Assembly: GCA_944349415.1 (NCBI GenBank)
Contig: CALVMX010000003.1
Location: 1-61,970 of the forward strand
Direction: 5' to 3'
Origin: an uncultured Clostridia bacterium
GTDB lineage: Bacteria > Bacillota > Clostridia > Christensenellales > UBA1242
Length of the DNA stretch: 61,970 nt
Part shown: one piece after another, positions 9,050 to 17,717 of the stretch
Layout of the letters: every line of letters starts with the position of its first letter
How positions within the stretch are numbered: the stretch's first letter is position 1
Program-made: the position numbers and the translations under genes
Notes under the pieces: model-generated
Database searches by the model: none
What the model was told of the DNA's origin: nothing
What the model saw: only the letters and a program-made list of their open reading frames with translations

Positions 9050-9712
9050 ATGGAACAAAAGATAAAAGTTATTGTTTTTGATTTTGATGACACATTATAT
9101 ATTGGAAATGTTTGGAAAAACCTTTATAACTATAAGATTGAAACCTTAGAGACCTTCCTTGATAAAGATGAAGCAAAGAGAATTCTTGATGAAAGTATAA
9201 GAATCAAAACAAGCAATTCAAATAATGGCAACATTAACAATGATAAAATTATTTTAGTTTTAGAGCAAAATGGTTATGACACATCAAAATATAAAAAAGC
9301 TGTCAATAAAAGCATTTATAAACATACGGGAGAAGTTGAACCTATTTTAAATGAATTTTTAGAAGAATTATCAAAAAAATATTCACTTTACTGTGTTTCA
9401 ATGTCTCATAAAGCATATTTAGACTTTTATTTTGAAAAATATAAAATTAAAACAAGTTACTTTAAAGCAATTATGTCTGCCGATATATACGCAGAAGATA
9501 AATCAAAAACTCCTATTTTAAGAAAAATTATCGAAAAAGAGCACATCTCTCCTAATGAACTTTTAATGATAGGTGATAGCCTTTCTCATGATATTGAGCC
9601 AGCAAAAAGAATAGATTGTCAAACTTTTCATTTTACAGAAAAAAATTTTAATCAGATTTATGACTTTTTTACAGCAAATGGAATTTTAAATAGTGAAAAA
9701 TATAAAAAATAA
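9050..9712 (+). CDS. HAD-superfamily hydrolase
   Basis: VFDFDDTL motif I; MIGDSLSHDIEPAK motif IV. Confidence 0.9.
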   Translation: MEQKIKVIVFDFDDTLYIGNVWKNLYNYKIETLETFLDKDEAKRILDESIRIKTSNSNNGNINNDKIILVLEQNGYDTSKYKKAVNKSIYKHTGEVEPILNEFLEELSKKYSLYCVSMSHKAYLDFYFEKYKIKTSYFKAIMSADIYAEDKSKTPILRKIIEKEHISPNELLMIGDSLSHDIEPAKRIDCQTFHFTEKNFNQIYDFFTANGILNSEKYKK

Positions 9713-9736
9713 AAGAATGTAGATACATTCTTTTTT
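9711..9736. terminator. Bidirectional terminator
   Basis: AAAAGAATGTA-GA-TACATTCTTTT between convergent genes. Confidence 0.75.
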
Positions 9737-10010
9737 AATTTCGCATATCTTGTGTAAATTCGTTTAGTCCTTTTTCAAATTGTTCTTTGCTTGTAGGATC
9801 AAGCATAAAAAGGAGTCCAAAAAGTTGACCAACATGAACCTTTTCTTCATTTACTATGTCGGTCAATGTGTTTTTGTAAATTGGGTCAGAAGAGGAAGCA
9901 ATGTGCTTTTCATATTGAATAATGGCGTCAAGCTCGCCGATTATGTCAAGTCGTGTTTGTTGAGCAAGTGTGTTTACGCTTGTCGTTTCAAGCGAATAAA
10001 AATTTCTCAT
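9735..10010 (-). CDS. Small ferritin-like protein (encapsulin-associated-ferritin-like half fold)
   Basis: ELDAIIQYE and EEKVHVG di-iron motifs; 91 aa; SD AAGGAG. Confidence 0.8.
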   Translation of the reverse strand: MRNFYSLETTSVNTLAQQTRLDIIGELDAIIQYEKHIASSSDPIYKNTLTDIVNEEKVHVGQLFGLLFMLDPTSKEQFEKGLNEFTQDMRN

Positions 10011-10138
10011 ATTTTTCTCCTTATACCTTGTTATATATGAGAAAATTTTAGACAGTGTTCTAAAAGAATTTGAGCCAAGTGCTTAAGTTTTTTTAGCAAA
10101 ACAATTATTAAATATGTTAGTAAAATAAACGCTAAATA

Positions 10139-10378
10139 ATGTTAATTCGTATAAAAGATGGCGCTGTCACTCAAAATAACTTTATGTTTTTTAATTATCA
10201 TGCTAAGGTCAAAAGATTAATAAAAGAAGGCAAGGCGACAGGTTATGAATTTTTAAAGTCATATCATAATATTTCACCTTGCCTTTTAATATATTTTCAA
10301 GATGAAAAGCCGATGCCAATAAGAGAAGACCATTTTGATGAATATTTAAAACTTTTGAACGACAATAATGTGTTTTAA
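10139..10378 (+). CDS. Small conserved hypothetical protein (start may be ATG 10184)
   Basis: NYHAK..ISP..PMPIRE pattern recalled from small gut-Clostridia proteins; function unknown. Confidence 0.6.
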   Translation: MLIRIKDGAVTQNNFMFFNYHAKVKRLIKEGKATGYEFLKSYHNISPCLLIYFQDEKPMPIREDHFDEYLKLLNDNNVF

Positions 10379-10405
10379 TCTTAAAAATTGAAATAAGGAA
10401 ATTTT

Positions 10406-10867
10406 TCAGTAGTTTTTCTTATTTTTTATATTTGCATATTCATCATATAGTTTTAAACATTCTTCTCTATCAATACAAATAAGATAATCTTTCAAATTTT
10501 CTCGACCATTTAAAATACTGTTAAATTTGTTATCGCGAAAGCCAATATTCTCGTTATCTTGCAGAGTGCAACCATAGTATATTTTGTCAATGTTCGCCCA
10601 AAAGCATGCACAAAGGCACATAGGACAAGGCTCGCCAGTAGTATAAAGTTCACACCCTCTTAAATCAAAAGTATTTAAATTTTCACTGGCAGCTTTTATA
10701 GCTTCAATTTCGCCGTGGCAGGTTGCATTATTATTTTTCAAAACTTTGTTATGTCCTTGACCGACAATTTTTCCATTTTTAACTACGACAGAGCCGAACG
10801 GCCCTCCTTCACCATTTTTGATTCCTTCTCGGGCTTCTTTGATGGCAATTTTCATGTATCTGTTCAT
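10406..10867 (-). CDS. guaD: Nucleoside/guanine deaminase (CDA fold, GuaD-like)
   Basis: GGPFGSVVV, HGEIEAI, EPCPMC zinc motifs. Confidence 0.85.
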   Translation of the reverse strand: MNRYMKIAIKEAREGIKNGEGGPFGSVVVKNGKIVGQGHNKVLKNNNATCHGEIEAIKAASENLNTFDLRGCELYTTGEPCPMCLCACFWANIDKIYYGCTLQDNENIGFRDNKFNSILNGRENLKDYLICIDREECLKLYDEYANIKNKKNY

Positions 10868-10991
10868 AATTCCTCCTTAATTTAATGATATCATAAAATT
10901 AAATTATGACAAAATAATTTTCAATATAAAAAATAGGTTGTATTTAAAATAATAATAAAGTGCATATTTTTAAGAAAAATAATAAAATTGT

Positions 10992-11020
10992 TTGCAAAAT
11001 CTTTTAGTTTAATGTATAAT
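10992..11020 (+). promoter_or_regulatory. SigA promoter of the metK leader
   Basis: TTGCAA 10992-97, 17 bp, TATAAT 11015-20. Confidence 0.8.
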
Positions 11021-11025
11021 AATCT

Positions 11026-11110
11026 TATCCATAAAGAGTGTGTGAGGGACTGCCCCTTTGACCACACAGCAACCTGAGTTTTCAAGGTGCTAAAGGCAGA
11101 CCGATGGAAT
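11026..11110 (+). ncRNA. SAM-I (S-box) riboswitch aptamer, compact variant
   Basis: AAAGAG, GAGGGACTG, GCAACC, GGTGCTAA core motifs; P2 GTGTG/CACAC; upstream of metK. Confidence 0.9.
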
Positions 11111-11125
11111 TTGAATATAATTTTT

Positions 11126-11152
11126 AACCATCGGCGACGATGGTTTTTCTTT
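11126..11152 (+). terminator. Riboswitch terminator
   Basis: AACCATCG-GCGA-CGATGGTT plus T-tract; its 5' arm CCATCGG can instead pair with CCGATGG 11101-07 (antiterminator). Confidence 0.85.
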
Positions 11153-11249
11153 TACTCTCTTTTTGGAAATTAATTTTTAAAAGGAGAGATATATGAAATA
11201 ATTTTGACAATTTTACTAAGATATGAAATAATAAATAATAGGAGTAGAT

Positions 11250-12344
11250 ATGAAAAAGATAGAAACATGCGAAAGTGTAAATATAGGGCATCCTGATAAA
11301 ACCTGTGACTACATTGCGGATGCTTTTTTGGATGAGGCTTTATCTCAAGACAAAGACAGCCAAATGGCAGTTGAATGTGCCATAAAAAATGACAAACTTT
11401 TTATTTATGGCGAGGCAACAACAAAAGCAAATATTGATTATGACCAAATTGCTAAAGATATTTTAAAGAAAATAGGCTATAAAAATGATTTTATAATTGT
11501 AAAAGAAATAAGCGAGCAAAGCCCAGACATACATCAAGCTGTAGTGCAAAAAGAACTAAAAGCAAACGATCAAGGCATGGTTTATGGCTATGCAACAAAT
11601 GAAACACCGGAGTTTATGCCACTTCCGATTATGGTCGCTCACGATTTAATGCATGAATACGAAAACTTTAGGCAAAAAAATCCCAGTCTTTTCTTCGCTG
11701 ATGCTAAAAGTCAAGTTTCGGTTATATATGAGGACGAAAAGCCTATTTGTTTTCACACAATTTTAGTGAGTGTTTCACATTCTGAAAATTTAGATTATGA
11801 GAAGTTAAAGAAGATGATAAAAAATGATGTCGTTGATAAAGTTTTAGAAAAATATTCAAAATATAGAACTAAAGACATCAAAATTTTAATTAATCCAAGT
11901 GGGAAATTTACAATTTGGGGGAGTTTTTCTGACAGTGGTTGTGTTGGACGAAAAATTATCGTGGATACTTATGGCGGTGTGGCAAGAGTTGGTGGAGGAT
12001 GCTTTAGTTCGAAAAATGCCACAAAAGTGGATAGGTCGGGAGCGTATTATGCTCGTTATGTTGCGAAAAATATTGTGGCAAATAATCTGGCGGACAGGTG
12101 CGAAGTTTCGCTTAGTTTTGCTATTGGCATTGCAGAGCCTATTGCCGTAAACATTGACTGTTTTGACACAAACAAAGTGCCTATGGCGGAGATAACGAAT
12201 CTCGTTTTTAAGAATTTCAATTTTAGCGTTTCAAATATTATAAAAGAACTAGATTTACTTAAACCAATTTACAAACAAACCGCCTGTTACGGGCATTTTG
12301 GAAATAAAAATTTCCCATGGGAGAATGTGAAAATCTTTTCTTGA
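11250..12344 (+). CDS. metK: S-adenosylmethionine synthetase
   Basis: ESVNIGHPDKTCD, NDQGMVYGYA, GRKIIVDTYGG, KVDRSGAY. Confidence 0.97.
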   Translation: MKKIETCESVNIGHPDKTCDYIADAFLDEALSQDKDSQMAVECAIKNDKLFIYGEATTKANIDYDQIAKDILKKIGYKNDFIIVKEISEQSPDIHQAVVQKELKANDQGMVYGYATNETPEFMPLPIMVAHDLMHEYENFRQKNPSLFFADAKSQVSVIYEDEKPICFHTILVSVSHSENLDYEKLKKMIKNDVVDKVLEKYSKYRTKDIKILINPSGKFTIWGSFSDSGCVGRKIIVDTYGGVARVGGGCFSSKNATKVDRSGAYYARYVAKNIVANNLADRCEVSLSFAIGIAEPIAVNIDCFDTNKVPMAEITNLVFKNFNFSVSNIIKELDLLKPIYKQTACYGHFGNKNFPWENVKIFS

Positions 12345-12440
12345 TTTTTTAAAACTTAGTTTAATTTTTATAAAAGGAATTTAGTAAAATAGTTTGTATT
12401 CTTTATGAAGTTATGATATATTACAAATGGAGAGGGGAAT

Positions 12441-13544
12441 ATGAGTAAAACTAAAAAGATTCTAGTTGGTATTTTTGGTGTTATTTGTATGCTGTTTGTG
12501 GGTTTTACATTAACCGCTTGTGGTGAGGGAAAACCGCAAAATGATAATAAAGTTTACTCAATAACGTATGAGGAAGGTGATTACTATTCGTTTACAAGTA
12601 GGACAACAAAACAAACAGCAGGAGAAATAGCAACGTTTAAACTTGAAAATGAACCATTTATTCAAATTGATAAAGTTTATGCAAATGAAATTGAGTGTGT
12701 AAAAGGTGAGGATGGAGAATATACTTTTACAATGCCACAAGAGGACGTTTTAGTCACAGTAACCTATACTGACGCTCCAGAAATATTGGAAGCACAATAT
12801 GGGATGACATGGGCAGTTGCTCCATCAACAATAACAACAGCAAAAGATGGAGATTCGAGTTTTATTGCAAATCAAAATTTTAGAGTTGATTTTGGAGAGC
12901 AAGGAATTTATCATAAAATTAATGCAGAAGGGTATTTATCAGAAGTTGAGATAATTTCAACTAATGAATCTGTCATTCCACTTAGTGCAATTTCAGGTGT
13001 CAATTCTACAGACGATTCAGTAATATATGAGTGTTATTTTAGTATTGATTTAACTCAAGTCTCAGCAGGGGAAACAACTTTAGTTGTTGTAGAGAAAGAG
13101 CATGATAGAATAATTTCTAAAACAGTTAATGTCGTGCCTTATGGCGAAGCAACGCCAAATGACCTTTGGGAAGTTTCGGTTACAGTCGATTTGAGTGATA
13201 TTGAGCATACTGAATATAAGGATAAAAATTTCCGCATTTTCTTCAGTGATGAGAGTGAAGAGTATGTTTATGGTAGTATATATTCAGCAACACAATTTGA
13301 AGATTTTACTTGGGAAGATTTGAAAGATGAGGAAATAACTTTTACATTTGATTATAACCCTGACCATAAATTCACAGTTGATGTTGCTTATGAATACTAT
13401 GTTGATAGATTTAAAGAGTTTAGATACAATAATTTCACAGTCGTACGTGGTGCTGAAGAAGATGGCGAAGTTACATTTGATTTTAATGGTGACAATACCG
13501 AAGTTTCCTTTGACACATCAAATCTTGCAGAAGAAATTGTTTGA
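12441..13544 (+). CDS. Acidic lipoprotein with a divergent InlB-B-repeat-like (Flg_new-type) domain
   Basis: Signal peptide with lipobox LTACG; YSITY...YTFTMPQEDVLVTVTY. Confidence 0.75.
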   Translation: MSKTKKILVGIFGVICMLFVGFTLTACGEGKPQNDNKVYSITYEEGDYYSFTSRTTKQTAGEIATFKLENEPFIQIDKVYANEIECVKGEDGEYTFTMPQEDVLVTVTYTDAPEILEAQYGMTWAVAPSTITTAKDGDSSFIANQNFRVDFGEQGIYHKINAEGYLSEVEIISTNESVIPLSAISGVNSTDDSVIYECYFSIDLTQVSAGETTLVVVEKEHDRIISKTVNVVPYGEATPNDLWEVSVTVDLSDIEHTEYKDKNFRIFFSDESEEYVYGSIYSATQFEDFTWEDLKDEEITFTFDYNPDHKFTVDVAYEYYVDRFKEFRYNNFTVVRGAEEDGEVTFDFNGDNTEVSFDTSNLAEEIV

Positions 13545-13560
13545 AATAGAATTAAAAAAT

Positions 13561-13599
13561 AAATAAAAGCATCAAATTTTCTGGTGCTTTTATTTTTTT
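13561..13599. terminator. Bidirectional terminator
   Basis: AAAAGCATCA...TGGTGCTTTT flanked by A and T tracts. Confidence 0.65.
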
Positions 13600-13628
13600 G
13601 TTTAATTTTAAAGTGCAAATATTTCACA

Positions 13629-14096
13629 TTAGACAGTGCTGCGAGCGCTCTTTTTTTTCTTTGATGGTTTAAAAACTTTATCAATAAGAACGTCCAAAAC
13701 TTTATCCATCTTTTTCACTTCATCTTTTTCGAGTGATTTTTCAATATTGTTTAAAATCATCTCGCCGTAATTTGCTTTACTGCCATAAAATTTATAGAAT
13801 TTATCTGTTGGCACTAAGCGATATTCTCTTCCGTCCTTTTTACTTTTTTCTTTTTTAATATATCCTTTTTTAATAAGTTGTTTAACTTTGTATGTGGCAT
13901 TAGGAGAGGAAATATCAAGGAAAGTGGCAAATTCAGAAACCGTTGGATTATCTAAAAGATAAATACATTCAAGGCAAAAATAGTCAGCTGATGAAAGACT
14001 GTCATCGGTTCTGTCTTTCAACCCTTTAAAAACATTTTTATAAACCATCAATTTAAAATTTTTGTAGATGCAGTCAAGTTTATTTTTTGTTCTCAA
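13629..14096 (-). CDS. MarR family transcriptional regulator
   Basis: PTVSEFATFLDISSPNATYKVKQLIKKGYI..DGRE winged HTH; TTG start with GGAGG. Confidence 0.9.
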   Translation of the reverse strand: MRTKNKLDCIYKNFKLMVYKNVFKGLKDRTDDSLSSADYFCLECIYLLDNPTVSEFATFLDISSPNATYKVKQLIKKGYIKKEKSKKDGREYRLVPTDKFYKFYGSKANYGEMILNNIEKSLEKDEVKKMDKVLDVLIDKVFKPSKKKKSARSTV

Positions 14097-14311
14097 TGCC
14101 TAATCCCTCCAATACACAATATTTTATCACAATGCAAAAAACAAAAGCAAGTAATATTATAAAATATTTTAAATTTTTTAACTAAATTTATTTCTTTCTT
14201 TAATAAATTATAACCAATTTACATATTATTAAAAAAAATTAAAATATTGTTTAACAATGTTTTTATTATTATGTTATCTTAAAATTAAGATAAAGAAAAG
14301 GAGTTTTATTC

Positions 14312-14731
14312 ATGAAAAATTCATTTTTTAAAATGGTGTTTGGACCAAGAGGACAATATTTGTCACTTGTCGGCAATGAAGAACTTAAAGACAAAAGCAC
14401 TCGACTAGGAACGCAGTCTCTTATTTTGTCAATTGTAGGAACAGTGCTATAACTTACTTTTGTCGCAGTTGGTTCAATATTTGCAGCAAATGTCAGCAAT
14501 GCAATGCAAACAGAGGGTTACAGTTTTCCAATAACAAACTTTTTCCTTGCAATAGTGTTTTATGTTTTAGCTCTCGTATGCTTGTTTTTGGTGCTGGATG
14601 GAATTTCGTTTGCAGTATATCAACGAAAACTCAATAAGCAAAAAATTGGAACTGCAGCACTTATTGTTTCTCTTGTAGGTCTTGGGCTCTCAGTTATCGG
14701 CACCATTCTTATGTGCGTTTTAATAATTTAA
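14312..14731 (+). pseudogene. Three-TM membrane protein interrupted by an in-frame TAA at 14450-52
   Basis: AAGGAG plus ATG 14312; same frame as ORF 14504-14731; the stop lies inside a hydrophobic helix (IVGTVL*LTFVAVG). Confidence 0.75.
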
Positions 14732-14752
14732 CAGGCATTGCCTGTTTTTTAT
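14730..14752 (+). terminator. ACAGGC-family palindrome/terminator, copy 1
   Basis: AACAGGC-ATT-GCCTGTT plus T-tract at the stop codon. Confidence 0.8.
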
Positions 14753-14850
14753 TTAATACAAGAAAGATACGGTTATAAAGAGTTTTTTCTTTAATAATTA
14801 TTTTTGTTAAATACTTGATTTGTTAGGACTTTTTATGCTATAATCATATT

Positions 14851-14925
14851 GGTCCTATGGTCAAGCGGTTAAGACGCAGCCCTCTCACGGCTGAATCAGG
14901 GGTTCGATTCCCCTTAGGATCACCA
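14851..14925 (+). tRNA. tRNA-Glu (anticodon CUC)
   Basis: Acceptor GGTCCTA/TAGGATC, anticodon arm CAGCC-CTCTCAC-GGCTG, T-loop TTCGATT, encoded CCA; promoter TTGATT 14815/TATAAT 14839. Confidence 0.97.
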
Positions 14926-14950
14926 ACAGGCAATGCCTGTTTTTTTTATT
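14925..14950 (+). terminator. ACAGGC-family palindrome/terminator, copy 2
   Basis: AACAGGC-AAT-GCCTGTT plus long T-tract directly after CCA. Confidence 0.85.
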
Positions 14951-15008
14951 TTTAAAATATGGTAATAAAGGGAATCGAACGGGCAGTTAAGAAAAGTTGC
15001 CTGATCAA

Positions 15009-15029
15009 TAAAAACAGGCGAGGCCTGTT
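15009..15029 (-). terminator. ACAGGC-family palindrome/terminator, copy 3 (glmM)
   Basis: AACAGGC-GAG-GCCTGTT overlapping the glmM stop. Confidence 0.8.
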
Positions 15030-16323
15030 ATATTTTTAATACAAGTGATTTTATTTCGCGGGCGAGTTTATTGGCTTTGCTTTGGCTTGGATGCTCTACC
15101 ATTATTCTAATTTTGTTTTCTGTGCCACTTGCTCGAACAAGCACTCTTCCAGCGGGAGAAATTGAGAAAGTTATGTCCGTTATGAGTTTCTTTAGTTCCT
15201 CGTTGTTTACAACTTTGATTTTATCTTTCACAACGACATTGATATTTGCTTGTGGTAAAAGTTTGGCATCGAAAAGTTCGGATAAAGTTTTGTTTTCCTT
15301 GCAAATCGCATTTGTGAGGGTTATCGCAGTAAGTAGTCCGTCGCCAGTGCTAATTTTATCACGCAAAATGATATGACCGGACTGCTCGCCACCAAGAGTT
15401 AAATTCATTTTTTCCATAGCGTCAATAACATATTTATCGCCAATATCCGTCCTTATGAGATTTATTTTGTTTTTGTTTAAAGCGGTCATAATTCCACTGT
15501 TGGTGTGGCTTGTGCCTACAATAGTGTTAGCATAAAGCCGGTTTTCGCTTTTAAGCTTTTTGGCAAGTATGTAGAGAATTTTATCGCCGTCAAAAACTTC
15601 GCCATTAGAGTCTACCGCAATAACTCTGTCAGCATCTCCGTCAAAAGCAAAACCAAAATCGGCATTTTTGCTTTTAATGAGGCTTTGCAAGTTTTCAATG
15701 TTTAAACTACCACATTTTTCGTTGATTAATTCGCCTTTGTTTTTGCATGCAGTGGTAAAAACTTGAGCGCCAAGTTTACGAAAAACGAAAGGCGCAATTT
15801 TGTAAGAAGCACCATTGCTGGCATCAATGCAAATTGTGTATTTACTCAAGTTAAATTCCGAATTCGACAAAAGAAAATCTTTATATTTTTTCGACAGATT
15901 TTTTTGCTTATAGGTGCCATAATGCTCACTTTCAAAAGTGGAAGAAAAGTAGTTTTCAAGTTCACTTTCCTCTTCGTCATTCATTTTTCGACCGCTTTTT
16001 AAAAAGATTTTGATGCCGTTGTATTCTGGGGGATTATGAGATGCTGAAATCATAACGCCGTAGTCAAAATTGCCTTTTGTGAGATAGGAAATTGAGGCGG
16101 TGGGCATAATTCCGACGTCAACCACATTTCCGCCACCAAGCATAACGCCATTTGCCAGCGAGCATTTCAAAATGTCACTGGAAAGGCGAGTGTCTGAGCC
16201 GATTAAAACTTTTGGATTTTTGATTTTTTGTGTCAACGCATTGCCGACAGTTTGAGCCAAATTAATTGTTAAATTTTGACCGAATATTCCTCTTATTCCG
16301 TCAGTTCCGAAAAAGTTTGCCAT
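15028..16323 (-). CDS. glmM: Phosphoglucosamine mutase
   Basis: FFGTDGIRG, MISASHNP, FDGDADR, GGEQSGH, VRASGTE. Confidence 0.97.
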   Translation of the reverse strand: MANFFGTDGIRGIFGQNLTINLAQTVGNALTQKIKNPKVLIGSDTRLSSDILKCSLANGVMLGGGNVVDVGIMPTASISYLTKGNFDYGVMISASHNPPEYNGIKIFLKSGRKMNDEEESELENYFSSTFESEHYGTYKQKNLSKKYKDFLLSNSEFNLSKYTICIDASNGASYKIAPFVFRKLGAQVFTTACKNKGELINEKCGSLNIENLQSLIKSKNADFGFAFDGDADRVIAVDSNGEVFDGDKILYILAKKLKSENRLYANTIVGTSHTNSGIMTALNKNKINLIRTDIGDKYVIDAMEKMNLTLGGEQSGHIILRDKISTGDGLLTAITLTNAICKENKTLSELFDAKLLPQANINVVVKDKIKVVNNEELKKLITDITFSISPAGRVLVRASGTENKIRIMVEHPSQSKANKLAREIKSLVLKI

Positions 16324-16377
16324 ATTTTTCTCCTATCTTAATTTTTATGAGATAGAAAAAAAGAAAGTTCGCGGTAT

Positions 16378-16845
16378 TTACGCAAACTTTTTGTCTAAAC
16401 TGTCACTTTTCAAAACTTTCATGATAAGCGCAAAGGCCTTTTCATCTTCAGTTTTAACTAATGTATTTTCAGAATGGTAGTAGACCACAAACTTTTGGTA
16501 AAGGAATTCTGTCACAAAATTAACTATCATGGAAAAGGCGGTGACGAGTATATCTTCCACACCTGCAACTTCCATTGCGTGTCCCCACCAAGTTGAAAGC
16601 GGTGTGAACGCAACATAATATAGGAAAACAAGGAACATAGCCCAAGGAATGTTTTTTGCACTTTTAAAGGTATAGTGACGGTTTAAAGTAAAATTCCAGA
16701 CAACCGACAAAACAAGTGAAGTGAGATACGCCACCCAGTAAGTCCAATGAAAGACATAATCAAACAGTGAAAAAGTGCCAATTTGAATTATGCCGGCAGA
16801 TATGGAAAAAAGTGTGAATTTAACAACTTGAATAAAATTTCTCAT
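16378..16845 (-). CDS. GtrA family membrane protein
   Basis: Four TM helices, VWNFTLNRHYTFKS motif. Confidence 0.85.
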   Translation of the reverse strand: MRNFIQVVKFTLFSISAGIIQIGTFSLFDYVFHWTYWVAYLTSLVLSVVWNFTLNRHYTFKSAKNIPWAMFLVFLYYVAFTPLSTWWGHAMEVAGVEDILVTAFSMIVNFVTEFLYQKFVVYYHSENTLVKTEDEKAFALIMKVLKSDSLDKKFA

Positions 16846-17026
16846 AACGCTTATTATATACTTATTTTTTCAAATTTCCAAATGTTTGGCAAAAAATTAT
16901 TAAAATTTTTTAAGTATCGTTGATACTTTTTAGTGGATACTTTCTAATCGTTAATATATTCTATATAAATTCATAATCTATCGAAGATAGTTTGTTTTTG
17001 AGATAAATTTGTGATATAATCAAAAT

Positions 17027-17605
17027 ATGAAAATTCTAAGTGCAAAATATTTAACAAGTGTAGTTAGCGAAAAAGATATTTTAAATGACGAACTTTTGGA
17101 GTTTGCTTTTGTCGGCAGAAGTAATGTCGGCAAATCCTCTCTTATCAACGCCTTAACAGGTGTAAAAAATTTGGCGAAAACTTCTTCCACTCCAGGACTT
17201 ACCAAAATGATAAACTATTTTTTAATCAACAACTCTTTCAAGTTTGTCGACCTTCCAGGTTATGGCTATGCAAAAACAGGACAAAACCACATTGCCAACT
17301 GGGCGGGGCTCATGGAGAAATATCTTTTAAATTCCACTCTTTTAAAGACGGTTTTTGTGCTTGTCGACAGCCGTCACGAGCCAAGCGAACTTGATAAGAT
17401 GATGATAGAATTTTTAAATCACTATCAAATTCCATATATGCTCATTGCCACAAAGGTGGACAAACTCGCCAAAAGCAAAATACCGCAAAATTTGTCGAAA
17501 ATTGCCAAAACATTAGAAGTTCGAAGAGAACTGATTTTGCCATTTTCAAGCGAAACCCTTTTTGGTAAGGAACAGATTTTGGAATATATTGAAGGAGTGA
17601 TTTGA
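17027..17605 (+). CDS. engB: GTP-binding protein EngB/YsxC
   Basis: FVGRSNVGKSSLIN, DLPGYGYA, TKVDK. Confidence 0.97.
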   Translation: MKILSAKYLTSVVSEKDILNDELLEFAFVGRSNVGKSSLINALTGVKNLAKTSSTPGLTKMINYFLINNSFKFVDLPGYGYAKTGQNHIANWAGLMEKYLLNSTLLKTVFVLVDSRHEPSELDKMMIEFLNHYQIPYMLIATKVDKLAKSKIPQNLSKIAKTLEVRRELILPFSSETLFGKEQILEYIEGVI

Positions 17606-17717
17606 GTTGCCAAGGGCAACATGAAGAGCAAAACTTATGTTTTGCGTAAAAAAGTGGCACGGACACTGTGAAGAACTCGCATTCGCCCGTGTGAAGAACA
17701 AAACTTATGTTTTGCGT
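17606..17717. repeat. Hairpin-rich intergenic repeat with two 26-bp direct repeats
   Basis: TGAAGA(G/A)CAAAACTTATGTTTTGCGT at 17622-47 and 17692-717; GTTGCC-AAG-GGCAAC at 17606-20. Confidence 0.8.

Noticed and set aside
9735-10010. Encapsulin nanocompartment operon
   Set aside because: No shell gene adjacent and no cargo-loading peptide.
14269-14499. Minus-strand 76-aa ORF
   Set aside because: It is the antisense shadow of the plus-strand interrupted membrane gene, which has the SD.
17622-17717. Possible mini CRISPR array (two 26-bp palindromic repeats, 44-bp spacer)
   Set aside because: Only two repeats, the spacer contains a partial repeat, and there are no cas genes or leader in the window; kept as a generic repeat.
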